DNA from: Perkinsus chesapeaki ATCC PRA-425
Taxonomy: Eukaryota; Protista; Perkinsozoa
DNA length: 64,000 nt
Assembly (NCBI GenBank): GCA_013115145.1
Contig: JAAPAO010000117.1
Coordinates: 1-64,000, forward strand
Reading direction: 5' to 3'
Translations under genes and position numbers: made by a program
Notes under the pieces: generated by a model
Seen by the model: only the letters and a program-made list of their open reading frames with translations
What the model was told of the DNA's origin: nothing
Databases searched by the model: none
Part shown: positions 52,609-64,000 of the stretch, piece by piece
Layout of the letters: every line of letters starts with the position of its first letter
How positions within the stretch are numbered: the first letter of the stretch is position 1

Positions 52609-54005
52609 ATGATCCCTTCTTCGTCCCTTACGTCAAACAACACCAGCTTCGTTACCTACTCCGCCGTTGGTCTCGGCGGAGTCGTGTTGGGCGGACTTAT
52701 AAGTGCCGCGTACATTAAATCACGTAAATCGAGGCAGCTAGAGGATCATGACGAAGTAAGGCCATTGCCTGGTATTCCCGTTCAAGTTCTCCCTTTCAGA
52801 CCATCCCCCAGTTGCCAACTCAGGGTGGTAAGCGCAAATGGTTTAGTGAGGTATCGGATGAAATGTGGCCCGGGCAGGTGAGCCTTAACTGGCGTCGTTA
52901 TACAGGTACTCGTTTTCAGGCTATGAGTTTGGAGATATCGAAGGTCATCTATCATGAACGGTCGCGCTATCAAGATATCATGGTCTTTGACTCGACTACG
53001 TAAAGAGAGCCTTGTGAGGTTCACTGTATATGCTTTCTCTATTGCGCAGATGGGGTAGGGTATTGTGCTTGGACGGAGTATTTCAGACGACTGATAAGGA
53101 TGAGTTTTGGTCAGAACTGAATTGAATGCCAATACCAATTAGATATCTACTCAGCTACCAAGAGGCCATGGCCCACACACCAACGTTCCTTCATCCAAAT
53201 CCTAAGAAGGCATTGATCATCGGTGGTGGTGACGGTGGGATTCTCCGGGAGCTCACCAAGTATGTGTTGATAATACACCTTTATAGCCCTTATTACTCAG
53301 ACATTCGTCATTCACTGAGCTGCATATTTGTGAAATAGACGGGCAGGTTATCGAGGTATCGAAGGAGTACATGAAGCAGCTATCAGTCGGCTTTGCTGAC
53401 CCTCGTGTGATTGTAAGATATCTCCAGCAATGTAAAGGTATCCCATAGCTTCCATCCTTAGGTCCATCTTGAAGATGGCGCTGCCTTCATGAAACGCCAC
53501 TCTAACGAGTTTGACGTCATCGTTTGTGATACGAGTGATCCTGTCGGCCCTGCTGCCAGTCTATTCACCAACGATTTCTATGATACCATATACAACGCTT
53601 TATCGTAGCGAATTTCAAATAACAATTCGTATTTGATCGTTACTTCAGTGCTGATGGCATCGCAGCAACCCAAGGAGAATGCTACCATCTGAGTATTCCT
53701 CTAATACACAGGTTGGTTCAACATTCTCAAAAGCATTTCCACGATGTTCGTTACGCCGATATACGCATACCTACCTACCCTTGCGGACAGGTAACATTTG
53801 AATAGAACAGATTACATTATATTTTTATTAGATTGGCTGCCTTGTACTGGTGAAGGCGAGAGGAGTGAAGGCCAATGAACCCATACGGTCTGTGCCCAAG
53901 GAGATGGTCGATGAATTGAAGTATTACAGCACGAAGCTGCATAGATCACAGTTTACTCTACCAGCAAAAGTACATAGAGATATCTACGGAACAAGTATTG
54001 AGTGA
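52609..54005 (+). CDS. speE: Spermidine synthase with N-terminal hydrophobic anchor
   Basis: [64 protein letters not shown]. Confidence 0.95.
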
Positions 54006-54166
54006 GGTCCTCATTGTGAGGAGTCTTTTTTTTTCTGTTTCTTGGCCTTCTCCAATAATCCACGTAATGCATCGCGTTCGCAGTACTTGCATACGAGTCC
54101 TCCACCTTGATGATAAATGGACCGAGATAAACACCATTCATTGCTGGTGATGTCGCTTTTGACAGT

Positions 54167-54211
54167 CTGTTTTGACATGGTATCTCTGCCAGAGATACCA
54201 TGTCAAAACAG
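54167..54211. repeat. Perfect 22-bp inverted repeat with 1-nt spacer (45-bp palindrome)
   Basis: CTGTTTTGACATGGTATCTCTG-C-CAGAGATACCATGTCAAAACAG; extends 4 more bp with one G-T pair. Confidence 0.97.
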
Positions 54212-55793
54212 GCTGGCTAAGTATGGCCGATGAAGACGGAAGTGTATTAGGCCCGTACACTTCCGGGCCGTCCCAGTTCATCGTGCCACCAGAGATTCTC
54301 TGGTATAACGCGTGGACAAATCGTGACGTTCATCTCATTCGAAGAGATGATAGAATGTCATAACCTATTTATGGGCAACAAAGACGATGCAACGAACAGG
54401 TTTCGCCCAAACAAAGCTCCCCTGTGTGCTGCTCACATTCTAGTCCACCACGGGATTCATTCCAATATGAGGCACAGTATACGAAGTGTATTGAAGTGAA
54501 ATCCGAACAAACCGGCCTCTCGGCCACCCACGCGTGCTCATTATGCATGTCACGGAATACCCAAAAGGTGCCGTCGAAACAGACGAGCTCTGGTCTCGCC
54601 TTCTGGCTCGCTCTGACTCCCTTAGAAGCAGAACAATCAGTTCGATTTTACAGAACGAACAGTTTGGTTTCACAAGATTGCGCCAAATCTTCCGCGCTGT
54701 ACGGTTCCGTGAGTCGAGCTCCCTCTCCCATTGTCAAGCTAGCTAGCGCGCGAACATGTAGAATTTCACTCAGTTCCTTATCGAGTGTGTTCGGAGATGA
54801 TGCGTTGTCTCCTTGAAGATGAGACGTAAGTCATGTGACACCTTATCTCAGTCGTGATCTTTGCCCTATTCTCTTAGGGTGCCCTAATTTCAGCGGTGAC
54901 CTCGCAGTTAATGATGGGAAATTCGTGACTGATTAGGTGCCACGTGAGCCACACAACGAAGCATATCTCCTGTCACACATAACGAAACTAGGAGTCGCTT
55001 CCCGAAGTGCTTTGTTTCCATATTTTCTTGGCTCACACTGAGTTTCACCGCAGAAAAAGACGGACTTGGTGCCGCTTAAGTGGTTGGAGCCACTTAAGAC
55101 GTTTTGAATCACCTTTTATTCTGAGAGGTCGTGACGACCCGGTCGTCCGATGGATTAAATCCTCTCCGTCCTCTTGGTAGGCATCGAGCTCAATATCGAC
55201 TAGTCTGCGCAATGCGACTGCGCATCCGTGCACTTTTAGTTGTCCTTGGGAAGTAGTATTGGGTGCTGTGGCTGAAGGTCTTCGTTGTCTTACTCAGATA
55301 AGTTCGTCAGCTGAGACCGCGACACTTTGTGCGGGAGTAGCTGAGCGCACACACGTACGGAATCTGTCACAACTTGCGACTCGCAAGGGAAGATTCGCTG
55401 GATTCCAGCGGCTGGAATCTTTCATACGTGCTTGTGGAGGGGATTTAATTTCACTTAAGCTCCATTACTTGTCTCCAAGGTCTCAAGCTATTGTACCTCG
55501 AGCTTTATTGGCTATACAGCTCGAGGTACAAAGTAGGTAAGTCTTTAGTATGGTCTTACCAGAGACGGTCGTCTACCATAAGTATCAATAGCCTTATCCA
55601 TCACCACTCCGCCCGCAGCCCTCGGTGTCGCTGAGACGCAACAATTTTGAACAGGGTTCTAGGAAGGCACTCTTTCAAAACCTTCACTTCAAAATTTTCG
55701 TACCCTCGAGCTTTTAGTTCCAATTTTCCGGTGGTGACTACATTGCAGTCTTCGCTTCAGTTTAACGTTGAGACTTAACGGTTGAGTTCCCAA

Positions 55794-56216
55794 ATGCTCG
55801 CCAGCGCCCTAGCTATTTCGGTAATTGCCTTCCTTGGTTGCCAGGCCTACTTCCCGCCTAACGAGTACTGTTGCTCTGAAGAAGCAACTCAACAAGGACA
55901 TTTGTGGGCCTTACGTTTCCCTAGGAACTCCGAGCCGTACTTGGATAATACGATGAGCATATTCCACATTAAGGATTCTTAGCAAGTGTTCACGTGGGGT
56001 ATCCCAATCACGAACCGCACCATTCGTGAGCTGGTCTTCGTCCAAGTCGATACCGATTCGTCATCCTTCAGAGAGTTCGCCGACAAATGCGGCCTTACTC
56101 CTGGGCTGTGGTTCCTCCTACGCCTAGACTACAAACACAACAGTGTAACTATCGTCCCAAACACAACTAGCCCGACATATGAGCTGTTCCACAGCTACTG
56201 TCACACGCCGACTTAA
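55794..56216 (+). pseudogene. Small secreted-protein family, copy 1 (single nonsense codon)
   Basis: Colinear with 58732-59154; TAG at 55980-55982 where copy 2 has AAG; frame otherwise open. Confidence 0.85.
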
Positions 56217-56640
56217 GGTCTCCCTACACGGTGTTAAACATTCTATGAGGGCGGCAGTCTCGGTATCATTCTGATAGTAGACCATTATTCCTGCATAGAA
56301 CGTCTAGTGGATGTAGGTCCGTATTATAAAGGGCCGCTTTTCATATGTCAATCAACAGTTTGTTTCGTATAAGGCTTGGTGTTGACTCTAATTATAAGTA
56401 ACCCGTACGACCTCCTATAGAGTCTCTATGAACCGGAATTTGGTGTCTGTCCTACTGTAGCTCTGTAACACCAGAACTCCACCTGATGTTCCGTGAAGAG
56501 GAAATGAGCATCTTGTATCAAAGGTTATTAAGGTTCATAACAGATTAATTATATTTCAAATGATTTGAGTTCGTCAATCGACCTCTGTCACGATCGGAGA
56601 CCGGCTCGCACTCGCAAGTTGCTGTTGTGTTAGCGTTGAG
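56217..56640 (+). repeat. Duplicated downstream flank, copy A
   Basis: Aligns with 59155-59565, e.g. ataaagggccgcttt, caatcaacagttt, aaggttattaaggttcataac, aatgatttgagttcgtcaatcga. Confidence 0.9.
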
Positions 56641-57726
56641 CAATGCAGTCGGGAGGGCACTCATCCGCTGGCTACTATACTACGATACATGGATGAAAGC
56701 ATGAAGGGATATCCTTCGGCCAAATATTGGCGCAACCCGTACTACGGGTCCCGTAGTGAGCATGTGAGCAGTCCATGACACCAGACTTTAGTGCACAAAT
56801 ATTGCGCCGTAATGCCGATCGATGTCGTGAAGACCGCTTTCGTTCATTAAGCAGCGATGAACCTCCAGAAACGCAGCTAGCGAGGATGATAGGATGAAAG
56901 CAGTGGCATGGCAGACCATTCTCTCAAGAACTTCAACTTCTTAGTAAGCCAAGGGGTTGAAAATAATTTAGATTAATACCGTTCATTCCTTTAATCGATG
57001 TAGCATGCCTTCGGCACGAGACATATTGACTACTCAGTCAACACCCCTCTACCCTCTAACTCGGTCCTCTCGTTGGACATAGAATATCTCTACTTTGAAG
57101 AGGCAGCTTCGAAGTATTTTGTGCCACAAGGCCTCAGTGAGGCGTTTGGCGCCTGGCCAATGTCCAGCCAATGTCGGCATTGTCCATCGACGACACAGCC
57201 TTGCGTTCAAGTAATTTACTTGTGAGATGTTACGAAAAGTCTAAGTGATCTATCAACCCGCACCAATGCTATCTGGTGGAATGCAATTAGCGGCCTCCGA
57301 GCCACGATGAGGGTGACCTGGAAAACCCGCCAATCCGTCAGATTTGAGCTCGCCCCGCATGAGGAACTGATCAAAGCTCTACGTAACATTATTCAACCAA
57401 TAAAGCCGGGTAAAGACTTTCTCCTTGAACTCTCCTCAGTTCAGATATGCCGATGCTGCGACGCACTCTAGCTTCGGCACCTTCCGGTTGTTCTACAGAC
57501 ACGAGTATCTTTGATAAGCGGCGATGCATAATAATGGAAGAATACAGAATGCTGTATTCGTGATGACCAAATTTCCTAGCGAAAGTCACATGCAGTAGTG
57601 ATACCACTATTATCCGTTAACCACAGAGAATGAAACTAATGAGCACGTCGCAATTACGGGAAATGATACAAAATACTCGAATTCTACTGACACGTTGACG
57701 CTGAATTACGGAGGAAGGCCTACAGG

Positions 57727-58486
57727 CTACCAGTTGAATAAGATATACGGAGGCTTCTCAGAAAGCGCCAAGTTATCGGCATATCTCGCTCTACTAGACC
57801 TGGTGCGAAGGTGGTTAAAGATGTTTTTTTGATTACGTAACTTCTGCAGTAATGGTAGTACACTAGGGAAGAGAGTAATACCGATGCAAGCGAGCAGTTG
57901 CCCTTTGTACAATGTACACATTGAATCATCAGGCACTTTATCGCAGACTATCTCAAACCCAACTGAAACGGCTTTAAGCGTCTTCCGTCGAGTCGGCTTT
58001 CTACGGGCATATAGGGACCCGAACAAATGAGCAACACCCGTACGTGGACTCCCGAAGACTACGAGCCTGACATGATCCTCGTACCCAATGTCATCGATCA
58101 ATGCATGAGATGTTCAACTTCATGAGGGTTTTGAACAAGTAAGCGCCCCTCACGGAGCGGCCTCACGAGCTCTCCAAGAGAGCTCGTGTGATGGACCGAG
58201 TATTGATGTGGAACTTGGCTAGTGTAATTCTGAAGTACCTCAAGTAAGCCATTGAAATTCCATCATCGAACACACCAAGGTTTGCGAGAAACTCTCTTTC
58301 AAAATCGAATGATTGTGCGACACCTTCCTGTACCCTACGGGACGGTCGCGTGCTCGCGTCACGAAGTCTCTCTTCGGGGAAGTCTGCAATAATCTGGTGC
58401 AGCACCGCGGCACTCTGAGATGCTATGTGGGAGGACTGAGTCTTTTTAGCAAAGCTCATACGTTGAGTATCGGAAGACAAGATCAC
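57727..58486 (-). pseudogene. Possible class 3 lipase relic
   Basis: VRLVVFGSPRTG resembles the lipase_3 FGxPRxG motif; upstream GRSVRGA after an in-frame stop sits where GHSLGGA is expected. Confidence 0.3.
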
Positions 58487-58731
58487 TGATAAGGATAGTA
58501 TGGTAAGCTACGAAGTATGCTCCCTCCCAGGGAGTCCCTCGTGATCCCGTGACACGACTGTGAAGCAGTCACAAAGCTTGTGGCCAGCGTCGTTAAGCAG
58601 CAAGAGAGGAACTGAGTACCAGAAAGGTCCTTTATTGGAACCTCTACCTTGACAACCTCGAGCTAATCATTTAGATCATCTGATGATTATCGTCGTGTCG
58701 CCTTCCATTTAGACTAACGTTAAGTTCCCTA

Positions 58732-59154
58732 ATGCTCGTCAACGCCCTTGCTCTTCCGGTAATTGCCTTCCTTGGTTGCCTGGCCTACTTCCCGCCTTAC
58801 GAGTACTATTGCTCTGAGGAAGCAACTTTCGAAGGAGCCTTGTGGGCCTTACGTTTTCCTCGTGGCGGTGAGCCTCGTTTGGATAATACTATGAGCATAT
58901 TCCACATTAAGGATTCTAAGCAAGTGTTCACGTGGGGTATTCCAATCACGAACCGCACCATTCGTGAGCTGGTCTTCGTCCAAGTCGATACCCGTTCGTC
59001 AAATTTCACCGACTTCGCTGATAAATACGGCCTTACTCCTGAGCTGTGGTCTCTTCTCCTCCTCGATAACGAACATAACAGTGTGACTATCGTCCCAAAC
59101 AGTACCAGCAAGACGTATGAATTGTTTGCTAAATTCTGTCGTACGAGGCTTTGA
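58732..59154 (+). CDS. Small secreted-protein family, copy 2 (intact, 140 aa, intronless)
   Basis: Signal peptide MLVNALALPVIAFLGCLA; FPP..YCSEEAT; WALRFPR; TMSIFH; VFTWGIP; FVQVDT; C-terminal Cys. Confidence 0.85.
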   Translation: MLVNALALPVIAFLGCLAYFPPYEYYCSEEATFEGALWALRFPRGGEPRLDNTMSIFHIKDSKQVFTWGIPITNRTIRELVFVQVDTRSSNFTDFADKYGLTPELWSLLLLDNEHNSVTIVPNSTSKTYELFAKFCRTRL

Positions 59155-59565
59155 GGTGCCCCCGATGGTGCTAAGCATTCTATGAACCCAGAAGTTTCTG
59201 TATTATGCTTATATGCTAGAACGTAGGTATGATCCCTGAACGTAGGCTCGTATCATAAAGGGCCGCTTTCCATATTCCAATCAACAGTTTATTCCGTAGT
59301 AGGCAAGGTGTTCACGCTAATTGTCAGTAATTTGTACGACCTCCTACTCTGTGATCTCGGAACTCGACTTCTTTCCTATTGTAGCTCTGAAGCACCAGAA
59401 CTTCATCTGATGTTCCATGGAGAGAAAATGGGTATCTCATATTGAAGGTTATTAAGGTTCATAACTTATGATATACTGCCAATGATTTGAGTTCGTCAAT
59501 CGAGTTCTGTTCCTATCAGAGATCAGCTCACGCTCACAGGTTATTGCTGTGTCCGCCTTGAGAAA
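59155..59565 (+). repeat. Duplicated downstream flank, copy B
   Basis: Aligns with 56217-56640. Confidence 0.9.
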
Positions 59566-62298
59566 TAAGATTCCCACGACACTTACTCCCTAACGATTTA
59601 CTGAGTTACTGATGAAAAACACGCCGCTGAAAGCTGTGGCACTGCCACAGTGGCAGCATCCGAGCCCTCTTGCACGCAAGCGCATTACGGAGGTGGGCAT
59701 TACGGGCACTATCTCACCCGTCCGCCGCAGAGTGTACGACCCTGCGCCTACAGTTTATTCCCCTCCGGTGGGTTGACGACATGGGTATGAAGGGGCTGAC
59801 GTGAGAGTCCAATCATTGGACTCTCATTGGACATCATTGGACCATTGGACTCCAATGGTCTCGCTGAGTGAACACTCTTCTTTAAAAGAACGTTCTGCTC
59901 CCTCCGCATATCGAGATCTCGGGTACCTCCTAAGGCTGTACTTGACTCTTCTGCTCGCCCAATAGAATACAACTCACGTTTTCTAGTAGACTACGAGCTC
60001 TAACGAGACCATTCAAGAAGTGCTCCGGTTTTCACTAAGAAAAAACTCGGATCAGCGGCGCAGGAGATCACACTGTGGGGCGTTAGTACCCCGGCTGCAA
60101 GGAAGCATGCTGCACTCGGGGCATCTTGTTTCGCTGAAAATTTGAAAGGTTTCGTATCGGCTCCTGACACTGAGCTTGCAGGTCACCAAGCCATTCAACA
60201 GTAGGGGATTACCAATATGACATTCAACCGAAAAGTTTTCACGGTCCTCCGGATCCCTATTGAGAGTTTCTCATGTGACTGTTTCTTCAGAAATACCTCG
60301 AGTTATTCAATGTTCGTCGACACCTTAGCTGAAAAATGTGGAAGTATATCAATACATAGGATGTATGATCACTGTAGGATCAATACATGCTCACTAGGCG
60401 TTTGCTCAGGCAGCGCTTGAGCTCTCCCATGCTTAGACTTCTATGACGGTCAGCGTCAGACGGTGCCTTTTCAAGGTCTTGTTGCCCAGGGTGATTGTTC
60501 CCCCGCATTTTAATTATTTCATGCCTCATCGCCAAATGTCTGGGCAATGCTGCATACCCGTGATATGTGAAGATAGCTGAGGTGCAGCTTTAGATGAGTA
60601 GTGGATGTGCGCTTCAGAGTTGTCCATCTGGCCTGCATGCAAACCCTGAAACTCTAATTATGAGGTTTGTCCCTCACCGTGAACATGAGAGTCTTTTCTT
60701 ACATACTGGCGATGAAGCTCAGTGATAAGCTCTAGCGAAATCCCTAGAAACTCAAGCCCAATTCTGGGACGATCTTCGACTTCGAACCACGTCAACATCG
60801 GTATAAAAAGTCACTGTCATGTCACACGACTCGTGTGAGCCTCAACTTGCTCCTTGAACGTAGAACAGGAGCCGTGACTATTCAAGTGAGGGTATACAAT
60901 CATGATCCGCAACGGCACCCGGCTGTAATATGCCGAGCATTTACTGTGCTTACCGCAGAACAAGCTCATGGTTTACATTAGGGTCCTACATAGATTTGTA
61001 TTAGGTACACCGGAATTGGAGTCGATCAGGTACTCCAAGTTGGACAAAAAGAGTGAAACAGTCGACAACGATTGAAAGGTCAAGCTTAGGAAACGTTAAC
61101 TTCGGACGAGGGGGTGTTTAAGGACCTCTGATTCCAGACGAATGAGAACAATTTCAAACTTGAAGAATTCAACTGGACGCACACATCCAAACTCAAGACG
61201 AATGTTGTTTTCGACTCGAATGTGATATATTCAATGTACGGAACCTTTCCGTTGGTAACACGGAGATGCGGTGCCTAGGTGAGTATGGCAAAGAGAATTT
61301 GTAATGGAGCTATATGAAACACATCTTTTAGTTTCGGGTCCGCATCTACTGAAAAAGGTCGCAGTGCGGTATCTGACGCCAGCCGCTTGCACTAGTATGA
61401 AAGTCCAGCTAGTCGCGAATCCAACACAGTACAATGTATCTCAGTGCTTATAGCTATGATCTTATTAATATTAAGGCTGTGGCGTTCTCATGTCAGCATC
61501 AAACTTCACAGTATTAGCAGTCCCGTGCGGGAACATCGAAAGTGGAAGATTAGCTATATCTGATGTGACCGATCTGTTGCTGATAATTAGCTATGACACA
61601 TTGTAGAAGCTCTATGATCATGTATTTTCCCCGCCGCTTGGTGATTCATCATGACTATACGCTCTAGGCGAGCAATCATCCTTCCAGTAGAAGCAGTGTT
61701 TAGTTGGAAGGAGGCAAAGCCTCGTTTCATGGCTCCGTCCGCGTTCCGCAGAGATTCGTGCCGTAACACGTGCCCTGCCAACTTCCTAAGGGAAAGTAAA
61801 AGAATCAAGAGGGCGAAAGCCGGGCTTTATAGCAAAGCGGCGTAGCTTGTGTTACCTACCGAGCTGAAGCCTTAAAAACCGGCTCTCTTGCGGCAAAAAT
61901 GTGCAGAACGATTGAGTAAAGGCTCACAAGAAAAACTCGACTGTCACACTTGCATGTCACCATGTTCGCCCAAGAGGTAGCATTCTTTTCATGCTAGTGT
62001 ACCTTGTTGTATAAAGACACTGGGTACTAGAGCTAGCATCGCTGACCATATCTGGCGGGTGCAAACTGAATATGATCAGAGTGCCATAGCCCAACATAGG
62101 CCGCTTGGTCGACTTACTTCGCCATGAATCGTGGTTTCATCGTCGCCTCCGGGCGTGACACGGAAAAGGTCACTAAGCAGTGCCGTTGAGCAGAAGAAGT
62201 ACTTATCAGAGCTTTTAAGCTACAAATTCTCTCGCCCCCGTGCTTCCCGTTTCTGATTCACGTGTATTTCTTCTTTGGCACTTACTTCTAGTTATCCA

Positions 62299-62733
62299 AT
62301 GGTTGTCAACACCTTAGTGCTCTCGTTCATTTCCCTCATTGGCTGTCAGGCGGTCTTCCCGCCCAATGAGCAATACTGTTCTAAAGAAGCAACCTCTGCG
62401 GGAGCCATGTGGGCTTTGAAATTCCCTCGTGACTCCGAGCCGCCGCTGAAGGATACGATGAGCATATTCCACGTCGCGGGTTCCCAACAAGTGTTCACAT
62501 GGGGTATTCCAATGCAGAAGAACACCTCTGGTGACAAGACCTTCGTCCAGGTTGATACTTCTTCGGAGCACTTCACGAAGTTCGCTAAAGAATATGGTCT
62601 TGCTGCCGACCTGTGGGAGCAAATCCCGTTCGACACCAAGAGCAACAGTATGACGATTCAGCCAAACAGTTCTAGCAAGCAGTTTAAACTGCAGCCAGAC
62701 TTTTGTTTCAAACGGACTCGAAGAGCCTTTTGA
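62299..62733 (+). CDS. Small secreted-protein family, copy 3 (intact, more diverged)
   Basis: MVVNTLVLSFISLIGCQA-VFPPNEQYCSKEAT..WALKFPR..TMSIFH..VFTWGIP..FVQVDT..FC. Confidence 0.85.
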   Translation: MVVNTLVLSFISLIGCQAVFPPNEQYCSKEATSAGAMWALKFPRDSEPPLKDTMSIFHVAGSQQVFTWGIPMQKNTSGDKTFVQVDTSSEHFTKFAKEYGLAADLWEQIPFDTKSNSMTIQPNSSSKQFKLQPDFCFKRTRRAF

Positions 62734-63628
62734 TGATGTTGATGATTCTGAGAGTACAAGAGTCGAGGGGAAATGTCAATATGTTACGGCCTCGTGCATA
62801 TATCGCATGCGCGCTGGTCAAAGCCCGTACGATTTAGGGCCTTCTATCTTATGTCAATCAACCGTTTGAAGCGTAGTGGGCTAAGTGGTCATCGGTGACT
62901 TGCACCCCAATCATTAGTAGCCAGTACGGTTTTCCATTTTATCTCTGTGATTCAATGGTCCAGCTTATGCCCTCTGTAGTTTAGGAGCGTCTTACTCTTA
63001 TTTGATGTATGTAGCTAGAAAAGACGGATATCACATATTCTTTCAGATGTCAAAGTCAAATAATAATGATACTGTTCTGTTTGTCAATCGGCATACTCAG
63101 CGCTGACCACAACATCATACTAAATTGATTGTGTTACACGATACGTCAGGACTTTCTGCGTCTGGGCTTCTACTCATTTTTTCTGGGCCAAATTGATATG
63201 GTATTGGCTCCTAACTATTCAGATATTGGAATGGTGTAGATGTCGTGTACTATAGGCTGGTTATCTGTGCGGTCCTCTCATGATCGCGTGACATGATCTT
63301 AACTTGTTACCCGCAGTGTCGTTAAGTAGAAAGAGGTAAGCAGGTAACCAGCGGTCTTCGAGTTCTGGTTGAAGAATCGGGGATTAGATTGTGCTGGTGA
63401 ACAGTTTGCGCCATCAATGCCTCTTAAAGTCGTCGAAAGGCTCCCTCCACACCAATGTTGTTTGTAGCTTCTAATACGCCCATTGGCTTCCATTACTTCG
63501 TTGTTTATGTGTGGCGGTCATAACATCAGAGCTACTGACGTTCTGATTAACTTAGATATCGATTTTTCTCTTGAAAGTCCCTTGAAGACTGGGCTGTTCC
63601 GTCACTCTATTGTCGAGACAATATGTAG

Positions 63629-63835
63629 TACAGGGTGTCCCAGAAAAATGTTTCTTGAATAACTTTTTGCAAAACTGCGACGTCCGAAAGCTCTCGAGCT
63701 TATCTCTCTAATGCCATAAGACTCACAATCATATTCGATGGGGTTGGCGAGAAACGCAAATTTTAAGATCTCAAAAAAACTGTTACAATGGAAGAGGTCG
63801 GACTTGGCAGAAAATTTGAAGGCCTAATTTTGAGT
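63629..63835 (+). mobile_element. Possible Tc1/mariner-type element or MITE end
   Basis: TA followed by CAGGGTGTCCCAGAAAA, a typical Tc1/mariner terminal sequence; no partner TIR or transposase seen in the window. Confidence 0.4.
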
Positions 63836-63841
63836 TATCAA

Positions 63842-64000
63842 ATGCTCGTCAACGCCGTTGTTCTCCCGGTCATCGCCTTCACTGGTTGCCAGTCCTACTT
63901 CCTGTTGCTCTTATGAAGCAACTCCCGAAGGAGCTCTGTGGGCCTTACGCTTTCCCCGTCCTCACTTGAATGGTACTATGAGCATATTCCACATTAAGGA
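63842..64000 (+). pseudogene. Small secreted-protein family, copy 4 (frameshifting deletions, runs off window)
   Basis: MLVNAVVLPVIAFTGCQSYF, then a ~14-nt deletion relative to copy 1 gives a TGA; atgagcatattccacattaagga is identical to copies 1 and 2. Confidence 0.85.

Noticed and set aside
54424-55540. Short ORFs (130 aa, 93 aa and others) as a possible retroelement or gene
   Set aside because: No RT, RNase H, integrase or transposase motif recognisable and no consistent splice model
59748-61845. Scattered short ORFs, including a possible further degenerate secreted-family copy near 60217-60420
   Set aside because: None of the family's conserved motifs (WALxFP, TMSIFH, FTWGIP) are present; multiple stops in all frames
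43864-62161. CGTGACAC recurring upstream of genes (43864, 58548, 62154)
   Set aside because: An 8-mer is expected about twice on both strands of this window; it needs genome-wide enrichment testing before being called a promoter motif

Overview
Gene-dense, intron-rich eukaryotic DNA with short (~40-60 nt) GT-AG introns and the standard code. It is most consistent with a perkinsid alveolate (Perkinsus-like); that assignment is an inference from gene style and content. All gene models were spliced by hand, so internal exon boundaries and some ends are approximate. Positions 1-54 kb hold housekeeping genes in co-oriented blocks: a HEI10-like RING protein, an orphan SAM methyltransferase, PRMT1, a Glu/Lys-repeat membrane protein, TrpRS with an AlaX-like N-terminus, an F-box/LRR-like protein, a Trl1-type kinase-CPDase without a ligase domain, Ku80, PAN2, a twin-CX9C protein, succinyl-CoA ligase beta, two acyl-CoA dehydrogenases, a Sec7-PH-TBC protein, a GT47 glycosyltransferase, a GT10 fucosyltransferase relic, a rhodanese and a spermidine synthase. 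Positions 54-64 kb form an accessory zone: a perfect 45-bp palindrome, four copies of an intronless small secreted-protein gene (two intact, two broken), relics, and a Tc1/mariner-like end. The standout is the minus-strand gene at 37535-43766. It splices into one frame encoding a Pol-beta-superfamily nucleotidyltransferase with intact catalytic motifs, then a pseudokinase, ankyrin repeats and two C-terminal TM helices, recalling an OAS/RNase L- or cGAS/CBASS-like signalling module in a single protein.
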